DNA of 64,000 bases from a virus (lineage: Duplodnaviria; Caudoviricetes): IMG/VR virus record IMGVR_UViG_3300032301_000913, positions 19,176 to 83,175 of that record. One strand, given 5' to 3'. This document shows positions 27,001 through 37,300 of the stretch, piece after piece. Under the pieces are notes generated by a model, which saw only the letters and a program-made list of their open reading frames with translations, was not told where the DNA came from and ran no database searches. A program made the translations under genes and the position numbers. Positions within the stretch are counted from its first letter, which is position 1. Every line of letters starts with the position of its first letter.

Positions 27001-29695
27001 GCTTACAAAAAATGATGCTTTAACTGGAAATGGTGTAGTATTTTCTTCCATTGGTTCTGGAAATGCACATCAACTTGAAATGTATAAGAAAAATGAAAAG
27101 GCAATTATTACTTTGGATAATGTTGTACAGTATCCTATAATTAGAACTCCAATTGTACATACATTATCCGGAAATGGTGGCACAATTTCAATAGCATCTT
27201 CAATATTTGCTTTGAGTGGAATATCTACAATAGTACCAAATGATATTCTCAAAATTGATAATGAATATATGAAAATTGAAAATGTTGGATTGGGAACTAC
27301 AAATAAAGGTCCAATAACAAATATTGGAACAATTCCTTTGGTAAAAGTTTCTAGAGGATTTGTGGGATCATCAGCAACAACTCATACCGATTCCTCATCT
27401 GCAAGAATATATAAGGGTTCATACAATATAGTTGACAACAAGATTCATTTTGTAGAATCTCCAAGAGGAAATCCACAAATAATTACTGATAATAGCAACT
27501 TACCATTCCAGACATCAGATTTTAATGGAAGAGTATTTTTGAGAAATGATTATGAAACAAATGTAGTTTATGATGATATTTCCAATCAATTTAATGGAAT
27601 AGGTAGAACATTTACATTAACTATTGATGGAAGTAATACTGTTGGATTAGGAAGTACTGGTGGAAATGGTATTTTGTTCATTAATAATGTTTTTCAAACG
27701 CCAACAACAGATAATAATACAAACAATAATTTTAAAATAATTGAGAACTCTATAGCAGGAATTACAAGTGTTGTATTTTCGGGAATTCAAGATCCACAAA
27801 CCAAAAATATAATAACATCAAAATATGATGTAAATCAAAATCAGACTCCAAGAGGCGGAATAATAATTTCTCTCGGATCATCTGCTGGTCTAGGTTATGA
27901 ACCTCTAGTTGGAGCATCAGTAACTGCTGTAGTTGGTGCTGGTGGATCAATCGTTTCAATTGGTATTGGAACTATGGGAAATTATGGGTCTGGATATAAT
28001 GGATTAGTTTCTATAGGCGTATCGGTCTATGAAAATGGACATACTGGTACATCAGCAACAATAACTGCATCCGTAGGGGCAGGTGGTATATTATCTTTCC
28101 GGGTAGTAGGTGGTGGAACTGGATACATAAATCCTAAAGTATTTGTTTCAGAACCTTCTTACGAAAACCTTGAAGTTGTTGGAATATCCAGATATGGAAT
28201 AGGAGCAACCACATCCACTGGAACAGGACTTTTGATGAATGTTGTAGTTGGAGCAAGTTCTACAACTGGAATTGGATCTACCTATTTTGAAGTAACTGGA
28301 TTCAATATTTCTAGACAAGGATATTCATTCAGGCGTGGAGATGTATTTACTCCAGTTGGATTAGTTACTGATAGAAGGTTAGCGTCCCCGCTGGCCAAAT
28401 TTAGTCTGACAGTAATTGATACTTTTACAGATTCTTTTGCGGCTTGGCAATTTGGAGAATTGGATTATATCGATTCAATTAAAAAATATCAAGATGGTGT
28501 TCGTCAGAGATTTCCATTATTTTACAATGGAGATTTGCTCAGTTTTAATAAAAATGAAGAATCCGATCCATTATTGGAATTGGATAAATGTTTATTAATA
28601 TTCATTAATGGAATTATTCAAGAACCCGGATTTGCATATGAATTTGAAGGTGGTACATCATTTAAATTTACTACAGCACCAAAAAAAGAAGATAATGTTG
28701 CAATATTCTTCTATAGGGGAACAAAAGGTGCTGATAGTGATTTGGTCACAAATGTTGACCAATCATTAAAGGAAGGTGATACTGTTCAAGTATTGAAGAA
28801 TAATAGCATTCCTGGAACAATTACGCAGGATCAGAGAACTATAACAAATTTAAGTTTTTCTGATAAGTTTGAAACAGATCTATATTCTGGGCAGGGGGTT
28901 GACGTTAATAATTATAAACCATTAAGTTGGTTAAAACAGAAAGTTGATAAGACTCTGAATGGACAAATAGTTTACAAGTCCAGAGATTCAATTGAATCTC
29001 AAGTATACCCAACTGCAAATATTATAAGAACATTTTCATCTACAGATACTGAAATTTTTGTCGATGATGTAAGATTCTTTGATTATGGGGATGCAACTAT
29101 AGAATCTTTTGATGCTTTAATTGTTAATGGAATTTCCACAACTCCACAATCTTCAGTTGAATTAATTTCTAATATTAATACAATTAATGGATTTTCAGGA
29201 ATTATTACCGGAATAACAACTACAACAGGAACCTTAGGAAATCCTTTAGCAATTAAGTTTTTCTTAAAATCCAATACTCCACAATTTACTGGATTAGATA
29301 CCGGATATCCAATTTATATCTTTGATACTTGTGTTGGAAATGGAGTTACTTCTATTAATAATTCAAATTCTTCTATAGTTGGTATCGGATCATCATTCCT
29401 AGATAATATATACAGCATACATCAACTGAATTCATCCGGATCTAATGGTAGTATTACTTGCAATATTCACTCATCATCTTCAATAGTTGGAATTGCAACT
29501 ACTGGAAGTACAACAAATCCTGTAGGAAAATTCTCTTGGGGCAAAATGTCCGGATTTTCCAGATCGAGTTCACCAATTTCTATTGGTGTTTCTGGAAATA
29601 TTGTTACTTCTGGACTATCCACATTTGCAACAATTCAAAGAAGAGGTACTGGATTGAGACAAACCGGAGCACTAAATAAAGGCAACGTTATCTAA
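18071..29695 (+). CDS. gp7: giant baseplate wedge initiator gp7-like protein, 3874 aa
   Basis: between gp6 and gp8; FY.SKGT..SF..LF..LYG, HSPIIGWAYDGNPVYG, HTSG.KNF. Confidence 0.8.
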   Translation: MVGTGFESRVKVQQIIQNQLPEFILDESPNTAEFLKQYYISQEYQGGPVDIAENLDQYLKLDNLTPEVIIGKVGLTTNIDSNAGIITVTSTKGFPQKYGLIKIDDEIITYTGITTNTFTGCIRGFSGVTNYHQDLNYEELVFSESEKVSHTKNTSVENLSSLFLKEFYKKLKSSLTPGLENNDFVSDLNVGNFIKNARSFYQSKGTDESFRILFNVLYGVTPKVVNLEEFLIKPSSADFIRREVVVAERISGDPTKLVGQTIKKSTDTITSASVSEVETFTRKNKQYFKISLFVGYNEFSAVEGNFTITPNTKCLEDVQIGSSIISVDSTIGFPKSGTLFSGNNVISYTSKSINQFFGCSGIKYAISLSADIRSDEIYYGYEDGDVTNVTKKVEFRLTGVLSKFKQISESLTVSEGDEIYVKNLGEIIKNPSENKSYKQIFANSWIYNTSSRYKVTSINGSAFVLSSSIDKSSLKVGDQVEIVERGTNNILSNPLNLPYVSVIVSDTQVNLNNLSGFVVNDKEEYDLRRKINKASSSVVPIEFGNNAIISDIQNVYNQNDEYMYVASNSLPSNNNGLTIPYTYQITKNINTVNVSGLSDQISSGRYSTLLFNDTVPFINGDRVYYSPPENSTLDLETGSYYVQVLSPGNKIRLYGSKAFVGGNQNVTFANVNFTSETHELVLYSQKSSEISAQKLLKKYPLNPNIKNGGSEVTIPGSIGMLINGVEIKNYKSDNKIYYGPLESVSVLNGGNKYDVINPPLVTVSSGEGITALVQPVISGSIDRVYIDSQDFDIGKIISIDVTGGNGGGTNLEPIIKKRAREVYFDARMTKGINISNDTIQFLTNHNFTSGDPIIYNSNGNLPLGIGTYLGSNQDQNKTLTNNATYYAKVDNSSTIRLYSTFSDYSSGINTVGFTTTNTSGIHKFITISNKNTLSEVKVISGGSGYTNRKLIVNPTGISTINHTISFNNHGFNDGELVVYNYQTSTISGISTTNQYYILKFDNNSFRLCDAGIAGTNRTNYIRKNYIKFSSIGSGYQYFNYPKISVSIQYSPVGIEDSIQSITATPVVRGSIIDAYLYESGTGYGSSILNLHKKPIIKIKTGKESQISPVIINGSISAVNVKYGGYEYYSIPDLIVEDFSGSGSGAELRAIVIDNKIRSVSIINPGIGYSSSSTTVKVVPAGLNAIFDSTVRALRVNNVERFGDELLIESDNKLQYSICGYYNTLRLSLNDDGTQHSPIIGWAYDGNPVYGAYGYTDKEDPNTQQKLLTSGYELNTSNIFNRPIGFSDGFFVEDYRYTNSGDLDQNNGRFGKTPEFPNGVYAYFAPIAEGTFKSIFPYFIGNTYRSNIIKENLNISQNYDFNNSTLLRNTFPYKISDRYADYDFLVESDEILNQKTIIESVSDGYVNSIDILNSGSDYKVNDILQFDDTGTDGGGLIAKVSSLKGKDIVKVDTTVESYENAIFNWVDSNQIKVSILPNHNLVDNDYVIISGFSTDLSNLNGSYKIGITSQYSNVLKDIPASTVGLSTEIYVTQLPSEAVSVGSSIKIGSETLQILEVFKNLNILKVQRGLTGISHTATTPIYFTPDSFIISKNIDYFESNLNSKIYFNPTKSIGIGTEVGITSSITFQFGDSNITRTIPTQGIYIDNHGFKTNQQIIFRRSISEYISVSTSPTGIPVNIPTSGNSQTFYAVNKNKNTIGIKTSINSPELFFISLNSGNDDEKYSFESTYSQVVGKVERIKSTVSVSTSHELSNGDNILLKVQPSLSVGIGTSISVYVKRNSTTGNILINPIGFNSTGINTLTSTITINLHNLNTGDKVHYSSDLVASGLSTNSYYVYKINDNKIKLSETYIDSKTIPPITISIGSTGGKNHIISPINPQIISIKNNNLIFNLSDSSLSGYKFKIYYDQEFNNEFVSTAKTTGFTLSGVGTVGVSSTASLKINYDSSLPTKLYYSLEKNGYISTSDTSVDNYSEILFTNSAYDSHLNRNIFGVGSTTFSFSLNRIPEKLSYFQNECETLEYSTNSVSAKGPINKINIISGGTDYKKLPVFKGSNSVSGKDAYLIPKSNTIGNIKEFRITNEGFEYSSDKTLQPFAHISPLITIENSDTIGVVTVTNGGTNYINSPTIVIVDTITGKKIDSGVLEAKLADNTISSVNILQSPKGLPSTSVRLSATNNTNGVSIRSVESSSTGIFTCYITTPILGYSTPPFSIGDKVFIEGIVKSGTTGTGFNSEDYGYEFFTVSNYQQTNPDKVTINISKLTSNTGVANVIQDSFASIIHSNNYPSFEITQEPSYFLVGEKIISNNIERDLIITNSSETSIKVFGSYELSPEEVIKGKESGNIATIKKIENNLGMFDVGYSIRKDIGWSNDIGKLDYDNQSIPDNDYYQNLSYTVKSPLEYEKLKTSINNLLHTSGLKNFADTGITSTASSQITGNTVDSLILDVVNETRVDTVYNFDLVKDIDVLDTYSKMIKLENTILTPYIKCGNNVVLAIDNINREFSNLETEPSEFLNILKLESSDSYNNILFRISNIDNTKIQLTELVILNNTIDTFLLTKNSISNTGEQFGEFSIFTDEFGDSYLRFNPTNPYDNDYDLKNIKTRFNTIFAGIGTQSIGFVDLIGSNSEAQSGITTSIISVQKNKLESLYADIQVIDPITNKMNFVELYLAHDGTNTYISEYYVDSESQTGNYSGNFIGSFSSTISSGILSLNFNNTSTNKVKIGSKIVGFGSTAIGIGTYRFKQSGQIAGNERTAKYESKYQSNVSTASTDIISLNKNDFNAVKSLVKVSYGSTISLHHVSLLHDTINIFIEQSPFLSVGSITGIGTFGGEYSGSNVILKFYKSPEVTDTVNVSSFNQCLYTVIDGVNIPPNLIYGTLTDSVEVNSYNAINGGRINKTAFSMTSNQYPIFAKTFNPSNTSILNTSTGTFTIDNHFFSNGERLIYTPKSTYIGVFASALMVGVSPLPSEVYVIREDSSNFRLALTKNDALTGNGVVFSSIGSGNAHQLEMYKKNEKAIITLDNVVQYPIIRTPIVHTLSGNGGTISIASSIFALSGISTIVPNDILKIDNEYMKIENVGLGTTNKGPITNIGTIPLVKVSRGFVGSSATTHTDSSSARIYKGSYNIVDNKIHFVESPRGNPQIITDNSNLPFQTSDFNGRVFLRNDYETNVVYDDISNQFNGIGRTFTLTIDGSNTVGLGSTGGNGILFINNVFQTPTTDNNTNNNFKIIENSIAGITSVVFSGIQDPQTKNIITSKYDVNQNQTPRGGIIISLGSSAGLGYEPLVGASVTAVVGAGGSIVSIGIGTMGNYGSGYNGLVSIGVSVYENGHTGTSATITASVGAGGILSFRVVGGGTGYINPKVFVSEPSYENLEVVGISRYGIGATTSTGTGLLMNVVVGASSTTGIGSTYFEVTGFNISRQGYSFRRGDVFTPVGLVTDRRLASPLAKFSLTVIDTFTDSFAAWQFGELDYIDSIKKYQDGVRQRFPLFYNGDLLSFNKNEESDPLLELDKCLLIFINGIIQEPGFAYEFEGGTSFKFTTAPKKEDNVAIFFYRGTKGADSDLVTNVDQSLKEGDTVQVLKNNSIPGTITQDQRTITNLSFSDKFETDLYSGQGVDVNNYKPLSWLKQKVDKTLNGQIVYKSRDSIESQVYPTANIIRTFSSTDTEIFVDDVRFFDYGDATIESFDALIVNGISTTPQSSVELISNINTINGFSGIITGITTTTGTLGNPLAIKFFLKSNTPQFTGLDTGYPIYIFDTCVGNGVTSINNSNSSIVGIGSSFLDNIYSIHQLNSSGSNGSITCNIHSSSSIVGIATTGSTTNPVGKFSWGKMSGFSRSSSPISIGVSGNIVTSGLSTFATIQRRGTGLRQTGALNKGNVI

Positions 29696-29709
29696 TCCCA
29701 ATAATACAG

Positions 29710-29717
29710 TATAAATA
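29710..29717 (+). promoter_or_regulatory. T4-type late promoter TATAAATA
   Basis: also at 39029, 44904, 50653, 52459, 57018, 58730, 62857; variants at 15059, 15737 and near 55290, 61435, 63427. Confidence 0.85.
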
Positions 29718-29734
29718 TAGAAAAAACAATTAAT

Positions 29735-31297
29735 ATGTCTGCAATTGTAACAGATCAATTTAGAATTTTAAATGCTAATAATTTCGTTGATTCCGTACTG
29801 AACACTGCGAATTCATATTATGTATTTGTAGGTCTTCCCAACCCATCATCGGATGGATTTGGTAGATCCGATAATTGGAATCCGGTTAATAGTGGGGATT
29901 TGGATATTCCAGATCCTATAGATAATATCCAATATTTAAATCATTATCGAGATACTGCAATATTTGGAAAAAGAGTAACTAGTTCAAATATTAGAAGAAT
30001 TATAAGAAGAATTGATTGGACTGCAAATGTAAAATATGAAATGTATAGGCATGATTATAGTATTCTAAATCAGTCGCCAATATCAAACTCAAGTAGACTT
30101 TATGATACTAGTTATTATGTGATGAATAGTGACTATAAGGTTTATATTTGCATTGATAATGGTTCTTCTGGAGCAAATCTTAAAGGAAATGGTTCTAAAG
30201 ATGAACCAACATTTACTGATTTAGAACCATCGGCGGCCGGAGTAAGCGGAGATGGGTATTTGTGGAAATATTTATTTACTGTTTCGCCAAGTGATATTAT
30301 AAAATTTGACTCTACTGAATATATTGCCGTTCCGAATGATTGGGGAACTACATCAGATTCTCAAATTGTTTCCGTTAGAGAAAATGGAAATTCTTCGGTA
30401 AACTATAATCAAATTAAGAAAGTTTATATTGCAAATGGTGGGAAAGGTTATTCTCCAGGAGAAGTCAATATTTTGGGTGATGGTTCTGGAGGAAAAGTTC
30501 TGATAGAAGTTGATAGTACTGGATCAATAATTTCCACAACAGTAACTTCTGGTGGAAGTGGATATACTTATGGGATAGTTGATTTGGGTAGTGTACAACC
30601 TGCGGGAAGTCTTCCAAATCCAGCAAAACTTATACCAATCATTCCACCATCAAAAGGGCATGGTTACGATCTCTACTCCGAATTGGGAACTGATAAAATA
30701 TTAATATATGCCAGATTTGATGATTCTACAAAAGATTTTCCAACTGATACAAAATTTTCCCAGATTGGTATTTTGAAAAATCCTACCTCATACAGTTCTA
30801 CTTCAGTTTTTACTCAGAATCAATATTCTTCACTATATTCAATTAAACTTACATCATCATTTAGTGGAAGTCCTGCTATTGGGGAAGAAATTTCTCAAAT
30901 AGTGACTGGAGGAAAAGCGAGAGGATATGTGGCATCTTATGATAGTACAACTAAAGTTTTGAAATACTTTAGAGATAGATCATTATATTTTGGCACAACA
31001 GGTTATATTGATGAAACCGATTACATATCCTCGGATACTAGAATACCTGAAGTATTAGAATTTCAATCATCAACAAATACTATTAGTCCATTTTCTGGAC
31101 CTATTGACACCACATTTAATAGTGATAAGGTTACTATTGGGACTAAAGTTATTAATTTGGGAGTATCCTTTTTGGGAGGTCTTGCAAATCCGGAGATAAA
31201 TAAAGAATCGGGAGATGTTATCTATATTGATAATAGACCTTTAGTTTCTAGAAGCTCCAGACAAAAAGAAGACATTAAAATTATCCTGGAATTTTAA
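29735..31297 (+). CDS. gp8: baseplate wedge subunit gp8
   Basis: IVTDQFRILNA..F, RRIDW, VYICIDN, DGYLWKYLF, YIDNR. Confidence 0.9.
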   Translation: MSAIVTDQFRILNANNFVDSVLNTANSYYVFVGLPNPSSDGFGRSDNWNPVNSGDLDIPDPIDNIQYLNHYRDTAIFGKRVTSSNIRRIIRRIDWTANVKYEMYRHDYSILNQSPISNSSRLYDTSYYVMNSDYKVYICIDNGSSGANLKGNGSKDEPTFTDLEPSAAGVSGDGYLWKYLFTVSPSDIIKFDSTEYIAVPNDWGTTSDSQIVSVRENGNSSVNYNQIKKVYIANGGKGYSPGEVNILGDGSGGKVLIEVDSTGSIISTTVTSGGSGYTYGIVDLGSVQPAGSLPNPAKLIPIIPPSKGHGYDLYSELGTDKILIYARFDDSTKDFPTDTKFSQIGILKNPTSYSSTSVFTQNQYSSLYSIKLTSSFSGSPAIGEEISQIVTGGKARGYVASYDSTTKVLKYFRDRSLYFGTTGYIDETDYISSDTRIPEVLEFQSSTNTISPFSGPIDTTFNSDKVTIGTKVINLGVSFLGGLANPEINKESGDVIYIDNRPLVSRSSRQKEDIKIILEF

Positions 31298-31302
31298 CAA
31301 AA

Positions 31303-34300
31303 ATGGCACAAAAAACAGATTTAAATATCAGTCCATATTATGATGACTTTGATTCTAAGAAAAATTTTTATAAAGTACTGTTTAATCCTGGGCGACCTAT
31401 TCAAGCAAGGGAATTAACAACTTTACAATCAATTCTACAAAATCAAATAGAAACTTTTGGTAGTCATATGTTTAAAGAGGGATCAATGGTGATTCCAGGA
31501 AACATTGCATATGATGGACAGTTTTACTCAGTAAAACTTAATCCAACTAATTTTGGTATTGATATTTCTGTTTATATTAATAGTTTTATTGGTAAAAAAA
31601 TAATTGGACAATCTTCAAGAACAACAGCAACTATTCAATATGTTGCTCTTCCAGATAATATTAATGTAGAAGATTTAACAATATATGTAAAATACTTAGA
31701 ATCTGATAAGAACTTCGTATTCAATCCATTTGAAGATGGTGAATCATTAATTGCTGAAGAAAATATAACTTATGGAAATACTACCATTAATGCAGGAACC
31801 CCTTTTGCATCTCTAATTTCATTGGATGCAACTTCAGTGGGATCTGCAGCATCTATTGGTGATGGAGTATACTTTATCAGAGGTTATTTTGCAAATGTAT
31901 CCAAACAAACTATATTGCTTGATAATTATACAAATACCCCATCATATAGAGTTGGATTGAAGATTGATGAATTAATAATTAATCCAAAAGATGATAATTC
32001 CCTATATGATAATGCAAAGGGTTTTACTAATTATGCAGCTCCGGGAGCAGATAGATTTAAAATTAATTTAACTTTAACTAAAAAATTAATAAGTGATACA
32101 AATGATACTGATTTTGTAGAATTATTGCGGGTTCAAGATGGAAAAATTAAAAAAATTGAAGAAAAAACTCAATACAACAAAATTAGAGATTATTTGGCAG
32201 AAAGAACCTATGATGAATCTGGAGATTATTCGGTAACACCATTCACCACAACTATACACAATTCACTAAATGACAGATTGGGCAGTAATGGATTATTTTT
32301 TGATAATGAAACCACAGATCAAAATAATTCACCATCAAAAGATTTGATGTGCATCAAAATATCCCCAGGTAAAGCATATGTTAGGGGATATGATGTAGAT
32401 AAAACTTCAACAACAATTATTGATGTTGAAAAACCCAGAGATACTGAAACTATATCTACAGTAAATATTCCCTTTGAAATGGGAAATATTTTAAGAGTTA
32501 ATAGAGTATCGGGAACACCAAAACAGAATGCCATTGTTAATTTGTATGGTCAATTAAATACTGATGGGGAAATAATTGGTGGGGCAAGAGTTTATAGTCT
32601 AAAATTGACCGATTCTGCATATAGTAGGGATGCCACTAATTGGGACTTATGTTTATACGATATTCAAACTTATACTAAATTAGAATTAAATAAATCTATA
32701 TCAGATAGTGAACTTCCTAAATCATCTTTTGTGAAGGGAAAAAGCAGTGGTGCTAGCGGTTATGCCGTTGATTCTGGTGGAGCGTCAACAATTATAAAAT
32801 TGAGTCAAACTTCAGGAACATTTTCCAAAGGTGAACAACTAATAATTAATGGCATAAATTCTTCAACATCTATTAAAACCATCACATCATATGGAACTCA
32901 GAATATAAAATCAGTAAAACAACCTACTGCTATCTCTGGTCTTCCTATAGAATTTAGTGCAAATGCTTTTCTTGAAAGATTTAACTTTCAAAATAATATA
33001 ACTACAGTAACTATCAATGGCAGTACTATAACCTCTGCGGGGAAACAATTTAGTGGTGTACGCGAAAATACAATTATTCGATACCAAAAACCAGGATCTA
33101 CTGTCGAAACATATAATAGAATATCTTCAGTTTCTGCTAATGGATTAACACTAACTGTTTCACCAATTACTACTTCAGTTTCCGGTGTTTTTGATGGGAC
33201 ATTATCTGGAGCAGGATCTACTACTACAAATATTCAAATTGGAGCTCCAATTGTAAGAAACGAGTCTAAGGGATACTTATATGCACAATTACCAGATTCA
33301 AATGTATCTTCAGTAAATCTTTCAGATTCTTTATTGACAATTTCTACACAAATTACAGGAGAAACGACAGATATTACTGGAAAATTAGTTCTCAATTCTT
33401 CAGATATTATTGGAATTTCGAGTGCATTTTTTACTGCATTTGATGAAGAAAGATATTCTGTTCACTATTCTGGAGGTGGAATTGGTACAATAACTCAAGA
33501 TTCATTTAGTATAAATCCAAGTTTGAATCAAGTAACAATTAGTGGATTAAATGCAAATGCTACTGGTGTTGTAGTGAATGCAACGGTCGTTAAAAATGGA
33601 ATTCAAAGTAAGAAAAAGACTTATAATAGAAGTAATACATTAGAAGTAGCATTTTCAAAATATCCGCAGTCTGGAACTGGGATAAGTTCTTCAATAGGTG
33701 ATGGATTAACATATAACCAATTCTATGGATTGAGAGTTCAGGATCAAGATATAAGTTTGAATTATCCGGATGTCTGTAAAGTTTTAGCAATTTATGAATC
33801 CTATGATACATCAAGTCCTTCATTAGATAAGGTACAATTTACATCCAGTGCCAATGTAACTACCAATGCTATTATTGGTGAAAATATAATTGGAAATATT
33901 AGTAAAGCAATTGCCAGAGTTGTTTCGAAACCATTAACAAATATTCTGGGGATTGTTTATCTAAATTCAGAAAGATTTTCTGAGGGAGAAACTGTAAAGT
34001 TTGAAGAATCCAATATGACTGTAGATATTGAATCAATTACTGTAGGAAGTTATAAAGACCTCACATATACTTATCAATTGGATAAGGGGCAGAAAGATCA
34101 ATATTATGATTATTCTAGAATTGTTAGAAATAAAAATGTTCCAGAACCTTCAAAAAAATTACTAATTGTATTTGATTATTATTCAGTACCATCTAATGAT
34201 AGTGGTGATGTATTTACAGTTTTAAGTTACGATCAAGAAAGATTTACAAATGATATTCCAAATATTGGGAGAATGAATGTAAGGTCTTCGGATACTTTGG

Positions 34301-37300
34301 ATTTTAGGCCAAGAGTTCAACCATTTTCTACCAATGATAAGTCTCCATTTGACTTTCTATCTAGAGATTTTGGTACTGGAAAGCAAATTAACCTATCATC
34401 AAATGAAAGTTCTCTGATCGGATATGATTATTATCTACCAAGAATTGATAAATTATATCTCGATAAATTAGGCACTTTTGTAGTAGAAAAGGGTATTCCG
34501 TCAAAAAAACCAAAAGTTCCCAGTAAAAACGGCGACTCAATGGTTATTGCCACTATTACATTACCACCATATCTGTATCACCCATCAGACGCTAGGGTAA
34601 CACCAGTAGATAATAGAAGATTCACTATGCGTGATATTGGGGGAATTCAAGATAGAGTTGCTAATTTAGAAAGAGTTACTTCATTATCATTATTAGAGGT
34701 AAATACACAAACTCTACAAATTCAAGATTCTGATGGAAGAAATAGATTCAAAACCGGATTCTTTGTTGATGATTTTAAGGATTATTCATCAATTAATACC
34801 AAATTATCAGCAATTGAAATAACTCCAGCATCTGGAGAATTGCATCCGATTACTAATAGGAATTCTCTAAAATCACAACTTGCTCCAGCAACAGCACTTA
34901 TTGATGAACAGTTAGACCTATCCACAAATTATGAATTACTTGATCCAAATGTACAAAAAACTGGGAATTGTGTAACTTTAAAATACGAATCTGTAGGTTG
35001 GATAGAACAACCTTTTGCGACAAGTGTTGAGAATGTAAATCCTTTTTCGGTTCTTGCATATGTTGGAGATATTAAATTAGATCCAGATAGGGATTATTGG
35101 GTCAGAACTATACAACTTCCAGATAAGCATGTATCAAATACTTTAACAAATCCATCAATAAATCTTACTAATAATGTTCAGGTAAATCAATTTACTACAA
35201 GTAATACCAATACAAATAATGTTGTTGAAAATGTAATTTTTGGTATGGGAAATTGGAGGGAATCCAGTACTACTGCTCCAGTAGCTTCTTTATCAAGTTC
35301 ATCTGCATCCTCAACTCAATCAAGTACTTCTAGTTATTCATTATCAGATTATGATACTACTATTCAAAATATAAAGGTAGCTTCAGCAGAAGAAAAATTT
35401 ATAAGATCAAGAAATATTGAGTTCTCAATATCAAATATTAAAGCTTCCACACAATTCTATCTATTCTTTGATTCAAGTAGTGCTGTTGATTTTATTCCAA
35501 AATTGGTAGAAATTTCTAACACTACAACTTTGACAAATTATGGATCTTCTGGATCATTTATTGTTGGTGAAGAAGTCATTGGTACTAGTAATGGACAAAA
35601 TCTAATTACATTCCGTGTTGCGACTGCAAATCATAAATATGGGGCATTCAATTCACCATCTAAAACCTATACAATAAATCCATATCTTAAGGATGAATCA
35701 TTACCATCAACATATAGTTCATCATCAAAAGTTTTAAATATTGACACATATTCTCTAGCACAAGAGGCACAAGGAAAATATTATGGATACTTGGTGAAGG
35801 GAATGAGACTAGTTGGACAAACTAGTGGAGCAGTTGCATATGTTAAGGATCTTAGATTAATTAGTGATAACTATGGAGATTTGATTGGGACAACTTTCTT
35901 AAGAGATCCCAATTCAACTCCAGTACCATCAGTTAGAATTGAAACTGGAACTAAAACATTTAAAGTATCTTCAAGTTCAACAAATTCTCTAGGTCTTCCT
36001 GGAAGTACTTCAATTTCATATGCAGAAACTAATTATACTGCAGATGGTATGGTTGAGCAATGGGAAAATCTAATAACAACTACAATAAGAACAACTGATA
36101 TAAACACAACTACAAATACAACTACAACAAATACTAATATAAATTTAAATAATCATACTACAACAACGGAAACCAGATATGTAGATCCTCTTGCACAAAC
36201 ATTTATTGTTGGTGGAAATGTTGAAGCACCTTCACCAACAAACACCAATGATGATGTAAATGGGGCATTCTTAACATCCGTTGATTTATATTTTGCATCA
36301 AAAGATGATGGAAATTCTCCAGTAAAGGTTGAAATAAGAACCGTAGAATTGGGAACTCCAACTAGAATTAGAATTGGAAATGCAGTCACATTAAAACCCG
36401 ATCAGATTAATATATCCGATGATGCAGAAACTCCAACTAAAGTTACTTTCGATTCACCAATTTACTTGGCTCCCGGAAAAGAATATGCAATAGTAGTTAT
36501 TGCAGAAACAAGTCTTAAATATGAACTATGGGCTGCAACCATGGGAGAAAAGACGGTAAACACAAAATCATTACCAGATGCAAATAGTGTAAGGTATACT
36601 ACACAATTCTCTATGGGAAGTTTGTTTAAATCCCAAAATGGATCTATATGGACAGCAAGTCAGTATCAAGATCTTAAGTTTAAACTTTACAAGGCAGAGT
36701 TTACATCTCCCACAGGAACTGCATATTTCTATAATCCAACATTAGATAAAAGTAATGGATATATTTCAAAATTATCCAATAATCCATTATCAACATCACC
36801 AAAAACTGGAACTCTTGGAATTACAACAACATCATTAACTAGCACATTATCAGTTGGTAGAAAAATTTCAGGATCAAATTCTTCCACATATGGATATATT
36901 GTTGGTTCAGGAAGTTCGGTTGCATCAGTATCACTTACTTCTGGAGGAAGCAATTATGTTACAGATACGGATGTAGAAACTTATAATATTATTGGAAAAG
37001 GTTCAGGTCTTAGATTGAATATTAGTGCAACAAATGGCGTAATTACTGGAACTCCAACTATTGTAAGTCTCGGTAATGGTTATTCTGCTGGTGATGTTGT
37101 TGGTATAGTAACATCATCAGTATCAAGTAATACTGGTACTGGTGCAAATATTACAATAACTGGAAATGGTAGCACTATTGACACATTATACCTATCAGGA
37201 ATTCAGGGTCAGGCATTTGCAGTTGGTGCTGGGGTAAGTTATTATGACAATTCTGGACAAATTGTATCACTTGCTTCAACAACTATTAGAAGTTTTGTAC